From an uncultured Gammaproteobacteria bacterium (lineage in GTDB: Bacteria > Patescibacteriota > Microgenomatia > JAMCZE01), in contig CAZNUP010000002.1 in NCBI GenBank assembly GCA_964576435.1, positions 42,112 through 106,111 of the forward strand: a DNA stretch of 64,000 nt, read 5' to 3'. The position numbers were made by a program, and so were the translations under genes. How positions within the stretch are numbered: the first letter of the stretch is position 1; the number at the start of each line of letters is the position of its first letter. Under the pieces are notes generated by a model. The model was not told where the DNA came from. It saw only the letters and a program-made list of their open reading frames with translations, and made no database searches. Below are positions 1 through 14,300 of this stretch, one piece after another.

Positions 1-1834
<1,834 letters not shown>

Positions 1835-1838
1835 TAAT

Positions 1839-2105
1839 ATGAATCTTCTTGAGGTCCGTGTGATTAGTCCGAGTGGGGAACTTCATAAACTTAGTGCCCG
1901 GTCAGTGTCGTCAAATAATTCGGCAGGTAGATTTGATATTTTGCCGGGACATGCAAATTTTGTCACTTTTATTTCTGGAAAAACAATTGATGTGGTTTTG
2001 GAAGATAAGCAAAATTTTGAGCTCAAATATCCTGTAGCAATCATCGAAGTTAGTAAAGATAAAGTGACTATTTTTGTTGATGTAGAATCTATAAAATCTT
2101 TGTAA
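1839..2105 (+). CDS. atpC: F0F1 ATP synthase epsilon subunit
   Basis: An 88-aa protein with the N-terminal beta-sandwich pattern (LEVRVISPSGELHK...GHANFVTFI), located immediately after atpD. Confidence 0.75.
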   Translation: MNLLEVRVISPSGELHKLSARSVSSNNSAGRFDILPGHANFVTFISGKTIDVVLEDKQNFELKYPVAIIEVSKDKVTIFVDVESIKSL

Positions 2106-2251
2106 ATATTTTTTCTACCTTTTCTAACAATCTATTCTTCATTTTTTAAATTTTCCGCAACTGAAGTGTTAACTTTTTTGGAAAAAGTTTTTTTCAAAAT
2201 GGTTTGATAGTGGTTTTTGAAAAACTCCTTAATTAATATTGATTCTCTCTA

Positions 2252-2290
2252 TTGACACTCCTCCTACTATATTATTAATTATATATATGC
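2252..2290 (+). promoter_or_regulatory. Putative sigma70-like promoter upstream of the giant ORF (TTGACA -35, followed by an AT-rich tatattattaat -10 region)
   Basis: A TTGACA hexamer at 2252-2257 is followed by AT-rich TATATT/TATTAT-like elements. The spacing is ambiguous, so this is a weak call. Confidence 0.2.
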
Positions 2291-2368
2291 AAAATTCCCG
2301 TGACGAGAAATCAAGTTCAAATACTTACTGCAACCTTTATGTTTCACGCAGCCTGAGAGCCTGCATTC

Positions 2369-5300
2369 TTGAACGATAAACTAATTTCAGCTTCGGAATT
2401 AATTAGATTAGCTTCAGAAAGAGGCTTCAGCTTTGGTCGCGGGAACCCGATGAATCGCCTCAGATATTACACAAAGATTGGGCTCATTCCTCATGCTGTA
2501 AGGAAACAGGCTCTTCCTGGACAACCATACACGGTTGGTTATTATCCAGACTACACATTGGATTTGTTACTTAAGATTCAAGGACTTCGCAAGGGTGGGC
2601 AGGATGTCTCTCAGGTTAAAGAACATATGAAGGTTGAGCAGGTTAGAGCTCATGTCAGGTCACAGCTTCCAACAGCTCAAGTTGGTGAAGGCTTAAACTC
2701 AGACAACTTATTGCACGCTTCAGAATATTTGTCCAATAATACACAAAGTTCTAGATCGATATCAAATGATACAGTTTTGGAAACCCAAAATGAAATTACT
2801 GAACTTGGAAATGATTCTGAGAAAAAGAGTGAAAAGAAAATATGGAAGTACGCTATCCCTGTTATACTCCTCTTTTTATTACTTGGTGGATTGGTCATTA
2901 CTGCCTCGAATTCTTTGTGGGGTAAACAATCTTTTTTTCAGATTGCTTCATTGCTAAACAATTCTCACAAGGAAACTGTTGAACTGGCTCAATCTCAAGG
3001 TGAAGTACTTGCGGGCTTTGATGTTAATAAGTTCTTGCAGTTCAATTCGAGGGTGAGATTTCAAAACACGTTTTTGAATCTGTCTGGCGATGAAGTGTCG
3101 ATTGACCAAGATCTGTTGACCACAAGTGAACCAACTTTTGCCACCCTGAACCTAACTGCGGGGACAAATCAGATCGTGCTTGGTGGCAACGGCACATTGG
3201 CTTGGCCAACAATAACAGGTAATCAAACTATATCATTCCCTGATGCTTCTGGAACAGTTTTATTGGCGACGAGCTCAGCAATAACCATCAACACATCGGG
3301 AAATCTTAGTGGTGGAGGAAGTGTGTCGCTTGGGGGGTCAATCACACTCACAGGGAATTCCTCGGGAGTCACAGCCACAACTTCCGCCGGATATATTCCG
3401 ATGATGGAAGCTAATGGTCAATTTGGCAACTCGATGTTGGCACAAAGTGGCGGCAATTTGTATGTGAATGGAACACAAGGCGTGACTTTGCCCAGCGTCT
3501 CCTGTGTTATCACGGAAAACGGCATCGTCACTGGCAGTGCCACATGTCCAACTCTCGGAGTGTCAGGGACACCAAACAGTATTGTTAAGTTTGTGACGTC
3601 GAACACGGTTGGGGATTCGTCAATTTCGGACACAGGAAGTGCAGTGACCATTGCCAATCCATTAACAATTACAACTGGAGGAATCACACTGACTGGATCA
3701 CAAGCTATTGATTCATCCGGAGGAACTTTATCGATTGGAACTAGTGGCCAAACTTCATTGACTCTTGGTAGAAATGCGGCACCAACAATCATTAACGGAG
3801 CGACCATTACTGCGGGACCATTGGTGCTCAACACCACAACCAATGTCGCGACATTTTCGGGACAGGTTGGAGTTGGGGGAGATCTTGATGTGTCAGGTTT
3901 TTATAGAGCAAATGGAGTGCCTGGCGTGAGTTTGGCAACAGCGTCGTGTGTTATTACGACAAACGGAATTGTGACTTCGAGTGCTGCGTGTCCTGGGAGT
4001 GGTTCGGGAGGATCAAAATGGCAACTTAATTCTGGAGTGCTGGCGCCAAATGATGTGACGCAATCATTAGCACTTGGCGGAATTTCCACAGGTTCAGCAC
4101 AAGTTTATTTTAATGCAGTTTCTGGAGATGGGACTTTTGCGGGAGCATTGGCAGCGGCCACACTTAACACAGGGCAAGGAGCAAATGAGCTCTACGCTAT
4201 GAATCAGGATGTCAGAACAAGTGATGCTCCGACGTTTGGAGGTTTGACACTTAGCAATTTAACGACCAACAATGGACTTTTGTACACGAACGGATCGGGA
4301 GTGTTGGCGCAAACCACAGCTGGAACAAGTGGACAATGTTTGGTGGGCAACACTGGGAGTGCACCAAGTTGGAGTGATTGTGGAACAGCAAGTGGAGATG
4401 ATTGGCAAAGAAATGCCGGAGCAATTTCGCCACTTAATGTCACAGACTCTTTGATCATCGGAGGGACGGCAACGAGTTCTGGAAAGTTTCAAATATATGG
4501 AGTCAGTAGCTTGAATCCAGTAGCCAGCATCTCGGCATCTTCTTCAAAAGCCGCCTTTATTGTTGACAACACGGTTGGGGATTTGTTCACAGCTTCTTCA
4601 TCAGGGCTTTCAAGATTTGTGATTAAACAGAATGGTAATATTGGGATTGGGACTAGCAATCCTGGCGGTGCATTTCAGGTTGTTGGAGGAGGAACTTCAT
4701 TTACGTTGAATAGCTCTGGTGTACTTACTTCTCAGTTTAATGTGGCAAACGATATTGTTCCCACAACAGATGCATCTAGGTCTCTGGGTAATAGCAGTAA
4801 TGGTTGGTTTTCCTTATATACTAATCAAATTCATAGCACCAACAGTGAAGATTTGTCTTTAAATTCTTCTGGAACGCAGATTTATGTTTTGGACACGCTA
4901 AATTTTGGTTCTGTATCTACAGATATTATAACTGGTACAAATGAGGATTTGGTCATTACACCGGGAGGAACGGGTAATGTTGGAATAAACACTTCTACAC
5001 CGCAGGCAAAATTCCAAGTTTTTAACTCCTCCAATTCTCAGACCGCTTCAATCTCGGCCGCAAACGGCAAGTCAGCGTTGTTAGTTGATAATACTGTAGG
5101 AGATCTAATCACTGCTTCTTCATCAGGAATAAGTAGATTCACAGTCAAACAAAACGGGGATGTGATCATCAATACTCTTGCCGCGTCAAACGCGGTGACC
5201 TATGTTGACTCCACTGGAAAACTCAATGGAGTGACACCAAATGGATCTTCAATTATGTGTCTAACCCAAGCAACAAGCGGAGCTCCACAATGGAGTGATT

Positions 5301-8300
5301 GTAACTCAGGTGGAGGAATCAGTGGCTCTGGCACTTTGAACTACATTTCTAAATTCACACCTGATGGATCAACACTTGGGAACACTGGACTGTATGAAAC
5401 ATCAGGAGCTCTTGGATATGGAACCATAGCACCACTTGCAAAGCTTGATATTCAAGGTGGAGCAACCACATCTGCAATCGCTTCATTCTCTGGAGCAACT
5501 GGAAAAGCATCTTTGGTGGTGGATAACAGTGTTGGTGATTTGTTCACTGCAAGTTCATCTGGAATGACAAGATTTGTTATTAATCAGAATGGGAACGTCG
5601 GAATTGGAACCAGTAATGCGGCAAACGCACTCGATGTTAAAGGGAATGTTACCGTTCGCGGAAATTCCACAGGAACACCTGGTGGAAGCCAAGGATTGCT
5701 TTTGGGTTACTCCTCCACTGGAAATGTTGGAAGCATTACTTCTATTTATTCAGGGAATTATTTCACCACACTTTCTCTTGTTGCAGCAGAAATAACATTT
5801 AACACTGGAGCAAGTGGTACTGAGCAAATGCGTCTCACTCAGCAGGCAACTCTTGGACTTGGAACAACAGTGCCGCTTGGTAGGCTTGATGTTCGGGGAA
5901 ATTCAACCATTGCCAATTCTGGGACAAATTCAGTGGCGACATTTTCCGGAGCAACGTCGAAAGCAGTTCTTGTTGTTGACAACTCTGGGGTTGGTGACTT
6001 GATTACTGCGTCTTCTTCAGGCATGAGCAGATTCACAGTCAAACAAAATGGTGATGTGATCATTAACTCTCTTGCAGCAGCAAACGCGGTTACCTATGTT
6101 GATTCAACTGGAAAGTTGAATGGAATTACTCCAAATGGCACTGGAACTGCACTGTGTCTGACACAAACATCATCTGGAACTCCAACATGGGCATCGTGTA
6201 ATTCAGGTGGAGGAATTTCTGGTTCAGGAACATTGAATTATATCTCCAAATTCACACCCGATGGATCAACACTTGGGAATTCTTCCATTTTTGACAACGG
6301 GAGTGTGCAAATTGGTGGAGCAACTCCTGTTGCACTGTTCAACATTGGAGCTAACAGTGATGTCAGAATCAATGGAACTGGAGATATCACAGCCAGAACA
6401 TTCAATGGCAACACTATTGCAACTGGATCTGGAAACTTAACGATTTCTGGGACAGCAAATGTTGATCAAGATTTGAGAACCGTTTCTTCACCAACATTTG
6501 CAGGACTGACACTTAGTTCACTGACAACAAACAACGGTCTTTTGTACACCAATGGATCTGGTGTGATTGCTCAAAGCGCTGCTGGTGCAACAGGGGAATG
6601 TTTGATTGGTAACACAGGATCTGCTCCAACATGGAGTTCGTGTTCATCTGCAGCATCTGACGACTGGCAAAGAAACAGTGGGGTACTTTCACCAACAAAC
6701 ATCACTGATTCACTCATTATTGGTGGAACGTCCACTGCTTCTGGAAAGTTCCAGGTTTATGGACTCTCATCACTTAATCCTGTGGCAAGCATCTCAGGTT
6801 CATCAGCAGTCGCTGCTTTAGTTGTTGATAATTCTGCTGGAGATGTGTTCACCGCATCAACATCTGGATTAACTAGATTTGTGGTAAATAAAAATGGAAA
6901 TATTGGAATCGGTACTAGTAACCCAACACGGCCGTTCCATGTTGTGGATGGAAGTTCAGTGATTTACGCTAGCAATAATATTGGCACAACTTTGGCGTAT
7001 GGTACAAGCAGTCTTGATGCCAGGAATGGATTTGTCACTTTAGGAAATAATGCTGGGTCAATAACTTATAACGGCACTGAGTTTTATCCACAAGTTTCGA
7101 ACAATGTAAATATCGGGAGAGCAAGCCTAACTTATAAGAATTTGTATCTAAATAATCTCCAAGTCCTTAACTCAGGAACAACAGCAAATGCTTCTATATC
7201 CGGGTCAACAGCATTTGCTGGTCTTGTTGTTGACAACTCTGGTGTTGGTGACTTGATTACTGCATCTTCTTCAGGGGCCAGTAGATTCACAGTCAAACAA
7301 AATGGTGATGTGGTTATTAATTCTCTTGCAGCAGCAAATGCAGTGACCTATGTTGATTCAACTGGAAAGTTGAATGGAATTACTCCAAATGCAGGAGCCA
7401 TTCAATGTTTGACTCAAACATCTTCTGGAACACCAGTGTGGGCAGCGTGTTCATCTGGTGGAGGATTGTCTGGGTCTGGAACCTTAAACTATATCTCCAA
7501 ATTCACACCAGATGGATCAACACTTGGGAACACTGGGCTGTATGAAACATCAAATGCACTTGGCTATGGAACCATTGCACCTCTAGCTAAACTTGACATT
7601 CAAGGTGGGGCAACAACATCTGCAATTGCTTCGTTCTCTGGATCAACAGGAACAGCTGCTCTGGTTGTTGATAACTCAGTGGGAGATTTATTCACTGCAA
7701 GTTCATCTGGACTTTCTAGGTTTGTGATTAAGCAAAACGGAACTGTTGGGATTGGTTTGAGTGCACCAGGAAACTTACAAATTGGAGTTGATGGTGCCGG
7801 TGCCGCGAACAACTTTACAGCTTATGGAACTACATCTGGAGGAAGGATAGTGATGAATGGAAGCGGCTTATCCAATCCCAGAGGAACTAATAATCTTTGG
7901 CTTAGGGCATCTGATCTGGTCATATCAAACGGAACCATCACTACCGTAAATAGCGATTTAACACTTGCGCCAATGTCAACGTATAACACTGTGATAACTT
8001 CGGGTAATGTGGGCATTGGCAGTGCAACACCCGGAACAACACTCGATATCACTGGGACATTGAGAGCATCAGGAGTCACCACACTTTCCAACTACACCAC
8101 AAACAATGGTCTTTTGTACACCAATGGTTCTGGTGTTGTTGCACAAACTGCAGCGGGATCAACTGGAGAGTGTTTGATTGGCAACACAGGAAGTGCACCA
8201 TCATGGAGTTCGTGTTCATCAGCAGCATCTGATGATTGGCAGAGAAATGCTGGAGTTCTTTCTCCGACAAACATAACTGATTCACTCATTATTGGTGGAA

Positions 8301-11300
8301 CTGCAACGTCTTCTGGAAAGTTTCAAATATATGGAGTCAGTAGTCTGAATCCTGTAGCCAGCATTTCTGCTTCAAGTTCACAAGCTGCATTGGTTATTGA
8401 TAACACAGTCGGAGATTTGTTCACTGCATCTTCGTCTGGACTTACAAGGTTTGTGATTAACCAAAATGGGAACGTTGGAATTGGAACTTCCAACCCAAGT
8501 TATAAACTGGATGTGGTCGGAACGAATATGCAGTTTTGGAATGGTGGGACGGGGAATGGCTTTAATTTTACTACGGCCGCTTCGGGTGGCGATGTAACCT
8601 TAACCGCAACTGGTCCAACTTCAGCTGGAGATTTCATTATTAAACCAGTTAGTACTAGTGGGTCAGATCTGATATTAACTTCGCCAAATGGTATTACCAA
8701 AGTTCGTGGTGGAGACCCGCTCTTAAATATTGAAGAGTCAAATGGCACTTTGCGATATGCTTTCTCGAAAAATACCGCTACTTTTGATTGGGCTGACTAT
8801 CCAGGAGTTTTGACATTTGATACAAATGGAATATCTTACGCTGGGGCGGCTTTGAATTTGGGCACTTCAGATAGCAACTTGGTTGCGTTAAAAACAGGGG
8901 GATCCGAGAGAATGAGAGTTGATACTAATGGCAATATCGGTGTGGGAACTACTGCTCCAATTGGTTTATTAAATGTTTCAAACAAAGCAACCGGAAAGGC
9001 TTTAACTATCCTCAATGAAACTGGAGATCAAAACATTCTTGTTGGCTCAGCTTCAGGAACAACGGAATTTGTGTTTGATCGAACTGGTGGACTGACATTG
9101 ACTGGTCTTGCAGGAAGTGCAAACTCACTAGTGTATGTTGACGCCAATGGAAAACTGACAAACACTGCCGCTGGAACAAGTGGACAGTGTTTGGTGGGAA
9201 ACACAGGAGCACCAGCATCATGGAGTTCGTGCTCAGGAGCAGCTGGAGGACTATTTTGGCAGAGAAATTCTGGAGTGTTAGCACCACAAAACATTTCTGA
9301 ATCACTCGCTATTGGGGGAACTTCCACCAGTTCAGCTCTGGCATATTTTGATGGAGTTAATGGCAATGCACTGCTTCGTGGCGGTCTATCAGTTGCAAGT
9401 TCATCGGGAGCTGCAGCTCTCACAGTTAATCAATCGTCAACTGGAGATATTTTCACAGCAAGTGCAGCGGGAGTTTCAAAATTTGTTATCACAGCGGCTG
9501 GTAACGTCGGGATTGGAACTACAGTCCCTGGGGCAAGCTTGTCCATAAATAATAGCTCAGGAACTAGTGCAGATATTGTTCAACAAGGCACTTCTTTTTA
9601 CGGATTGTTGCGCGGAAATTTAATACGAGGAGGCACCAGCTCCAGTATTTATGGCCAAATCGATCTTTATAACGGCTCCACTGGGGATTTAAATATTATT
9701 CCAAGGGGTTCAAATAACTTTACTGTAGTCACTAATTCTATTGAGCGATTTAGGATTGATGGGAACGGAAATGTCGGAGTGGGAACAACAGTTCCATTGG
9801 CAACATTAAACGTCAAGACAGTTGGAAATACTCAAACAGCTTCTATCTCGGGGACAAGTGGCACAGCAGCACTTCTTGTTGACAATACTGTTGGTGATTT
9901 GTTCACGGCCTCTTCTTCAGGAGCTTCAAGATTCACAGTCAAACAAAATGGTGATGTGATCATTAACTCTCTTGCAGCAGCAAACGCAGTTACTTATGTT
10001 GACTCAACTGGAAAATTGAATGGAATTACTCCAAATGGAACTGGAACTGCACTGTGCCTCACTCAAACTTCAAGTGGAACACCAACATGGGCATCGTGTA
10101 ATTCAGGTGGAGGAATTTCGGGTTCAGGAACACTCAACTATATTTCCAAATTTACTCCAGATGGATCAACACTGGGGAATTCTGGACTGTTTGACACTGG
10201 ATCCGCTCTTTCTTATGGAACAACTAATGCCTTAGCAACTCTGGATATCCGGTCTCAATCAGGTATCACAGGTATTGCGAGTATCTCAGGTAGCACAGCA
10301 CATGCTGCACTGGTTGTCGATAATTCTGGAGTTGGAGATATCTTCACAGCATCCAGTTCTGGTTTGACACGTTTTGTTATACAGCAAAATGGCAATGTGG
10401 CAATTGGTGGGGCAGTGCGACTTGGACAAAATGGCGGAGCAAATGATGTGCTTAATACAGCAGCTGCGATCGGAGCTCCAAGTGGTCAACTCTATTGGGG
10501 TTCACGATATCTGTGCGATTCCACAAACAACTGCGTTGGTGGTGGAGGCGGAGGAGCAATTGGTGGAGGCGGAGTGGCCAACTATATTTCTAAATTTACA
10601 CCTGATGGAAACAATATTGGCAATTCACAACTGTATGACACCGGATCGGCAATTGCCATTGGCACAACATCACCCTTGGCAACTATTGATGTCAGATCTC
10701 AATCAGGTATCACAGGTATTGCGAGTATCTCAGGTAGCACAGCACACGCGGCACTGGTTGTCGATAATTCCGGGGTCGGTGACATTTTCACTGCTTCGTC
10801 AGCGGGACTGGCAAGATTTGTGATTAAGAATAGCGGGAATATTGGAATCGGAACCACAACGACAACTGCTAAATTAACTTTGTTAACTTCAGGTGTAGGT
10901 GATGGATTCACGGCAATTAATTCTTCAACTTTGGGAGCTAATTCTGGAGCCGGGATTGTTGGGAGAACGTCAAGTGATCCAACTGGTGCAGATCAGCGGC
11001 TTGGATTTTATGTATTTGGCAGCAATGGTTCGAACGCAGCTAATTCGGCGGGAATGCTTGGGTATGCTGGCGGAGCCTGGAGTGGCAGTTCAAAACCAGC
11101 ATATTTGACGTTTGAAACAACAGCGGTTGGGTCCACGTCACGGGCAGAACAAATGAGGATTGATGCCAACGGCAACGTTGGAATTAGTAGTTCTGTTCCA
11201 GGAGCGAAACTGGATGTTTTGACCAGCGCAGGAAGCGGACAGACCGCCCTTTTTAGTAATTACGGTACTGGAGTTCCGCTCACGCTAACCAATGGTAGTG

Positions 11301-14300
11301 GATCAACATCAAATGTGTTTTCTGCGACCCGTTTTGGTTCGCAGGTGTTCAGAGTTGGTGGTACCGGCGATTATGCTATGTATGCTTCCCATACGAGTGC
11401 AACCGTTCCTGTTGGATTTATTTATAATTCCGACGTTTCCGGTACTGGGCTAAATATCCTCGGAGCTAATGGGGCTACAGGTAAACTACTTTATGTACAA
11501 TCGTGGGGTTCCACCGATTTACTTACGGTCAAAGGTAATGGGGATGTAATTATGAATGGTGGTAACATTGGAATTGGTTCCGCTTCCCCAATTGGAAAAC
11601 TCAACGTTTCAGGAGCTGCAACTGGAAAAGCTCTCACAATCTTGAATGAAACTGGCGACCAAAACATCCTCGTTGGTTCTGCCTCTGGAGTGACTGAATT
11701 TGTGTTTGACAGATCTGGAGGACTGACTTTGACTGGTCTTTCCGGAAGTGCAAACTCACTTGTGTATGTTGATGCTAATGGGAAACTCACAAACACTGCT
11801 GCGGGAACAAGTGGACAGTGTTTGGTTGGGAACACTGGTTCTCCAGCATCGTGGAGTGATTGTGGAACTGCATCTGGAGATGATTGGCAAAGAAATGCTG
11901 GAGCGTTGTCACCAAAGAATATTTCTGACAGTTTGATCATTGGTGGAACTGCAACATCATCTGGAAAGTTCCAGGTTTATGGAGTCAGTAGTCTGAATCC
12001 TGTAGCCAGCATTTCAGCTTCAAGTTCACAAGCCGCATTGGTTATTGATAATACGGTCGGAGATTTGTTCACGGCAAGTTCGTCTGGACTAACAAGATTT
12101 GTGATCCAGCAGAATGGTAATGTTGGAATTGGATATTCCAATCCTTCAGGTGCAAAATTGGCAATCAATGGAGGGGTCGGAATTGGAACAACAACAGCAA
12201 GTTATGCGCTTGATGTCGAAGGAAATATCAGGTCTAGAAGCACAGGGTATATTGGAACAAATGCAGAAGATCTGGGACTATACTTGGGTCCAGACACTTC
12301 AAGATTTATCTTTGCTCGGTCTGGTGGAACTTTGTCAATTGGTGCAGGTTCTAATGACAGGATAACCCTTCTAAGTGGAGGCAATGTCGGTATCAATTCA
12401 ACAACACCTGGAGCAAATTTTGATGTTACAGGCACAGCACGCATTTCAGGAGTTACAACACTTTCCAACTACACCACAAACAATGGTTTGTTATACACAA
12501 ATGGTTCAGGTGTTATTGCTCAAACTGCTGCTGGTGCAACAGGGGAATGTTTGATTGGCAATACAGGAAGTGCACCATCATGGAGTTCATGTTCAGCAGC
12601 AGCTGGAGGACTATTCTGGCAGAGAAATTCTGGAGTGTTAGCACCACAAAACATTTCTGAATCACTCGCTATTGGGGGAACTTCCACCAGTTCAGCTTTG
12701 GCATATTTTGATGGAGTAAATGGCAATGCACTGCTTCGTGGTGGAGCTTACATTGCATCATCTTCTGGAAAAGCAGCACTTACTGTTAACCAATCATCAA
12801 CTGGAGATTTGTTCACTGCATCTGCAGCAGGCGCATCGAGATTTGTGATTAACAATGTGGGGAACGTTGGAGTGGGAACTAGTAATCCGACCAATAAGTT
12901 GTATGTGGCCGCTGGAGCAATCGCTGCAGGATCAAATGGTGTTTTATTCTCGGGTGATATTTCGGGGGGGAATATGTATTCAGCTCAACTCGGAGTCTTT
13001 AACTCTGGTTCTGCAAATGCTCCAACGAGATTGCAATTTGGAGATTTGACCGCTGGGGAAGGGACAGCTGTTATTGAATCAGCTCGTACCGGCTCACTTA
13101 CTGGCTATTTAGCTTTCCAAACTCGCAACACAAATTATGTTGAAGCAATGAGGATTAATTCTGATGGGAACGTTGGTATTAACACGACACTTCCTGTTAA
13201 TAAACTTGATGTGAGTGGTTCGGCAGCCTTTGGTTCGTATGCGGGAGCTAACTCTGCCCCATCAAATGGCCTAATTGTGAGCGGGAACGTCGGTGTGGGG
13301 ACGACGACACCAGGAGGAATTCTTGAAGTGTCTGGACACCTGACAGGTTGGAATCCGTTTGTATTGTTCGAAGACACAGGTGATCCGGGTGCTGGGGCAA
13401 CGACGCTTGAGATCAAAAATTCTCAGTCTGATTTAAAAATTCGCGCTTACGGTTCAACAGCTCCAAGTTATCTGGCCAATGCGGTTGGTTTGTGGTCCGA
13501 CGCAAACGACATGATTAACGGTGTTGGTTCAGGGAAGAAAATTTATTTGGCTTCAAATGATAATTATGCAAACCCTGAAGTTACAATTGCCGCCGGGAAT
13601 GTTGGAATTGGGAGTGTCACTCCAGGCTTTAAATTTGATGTTAATGGAAACACTAATTCAACGGCATATTATGTTGGTGGAGTGGCTGGTGCAGCAAGTG
13701 TCAGTAACTCATGTGTTAATGTCACAAACGGCATTGTTACATCAGCTGGAACATGCGCATTAGCAGGTAATCAGTGGCAACTCAATTCAGGTGTGATTGC
13801 ACCATATGATGTTACACAAAGTGTTGCTATTGGTGGGACAGCAACAAGTTCAGCACTTGTATATTTCAACGGAGTCAATGGCAATGCACTGCTTCGTGGT
13901 GGACTATCAGTTGCTTCATCATCTGGTGCAGCAGCTCTCACTGTTAACCAATCATCAACAGGGGATATCTTCACAGCTTCTGCTGCTGGAGCTTCAAAGT
14001 TTGTGATTACTGCAGCGGGGAACGTTGGGATTGGCAGCAGTGCTCCTGGCAATAAGTTTGTGGTAAATGGTGGAGCTTTGGTTGATGGGGGATCGGTTGG
14101 AGTTATTAAGGGAGATAATTCCACTGGCAGCTTTACTGCACATCTTAATCTCTTGAATAACGGGACAGCGGGAAATGTAGTTCGACTCGGCTTTGGGGAT
14201 GAAACTGCGGGAGAAGGCGTCGCGGCAATCGAGTCAGCAAGAACCGGGTCACAGCAAGGCTATCTGTCGTTCCGAACAAGAAACGCCACGATGAATGAAG

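Noticed and set aside
2766-2957. Small plus-strand ORF (63 aa) and minus-strand ORF (2677-2898) within the 5' region of the giant gene
   Set aside because: They are frame-shifted shadows overlapping the linker and TM-helix region of the giant ORF.
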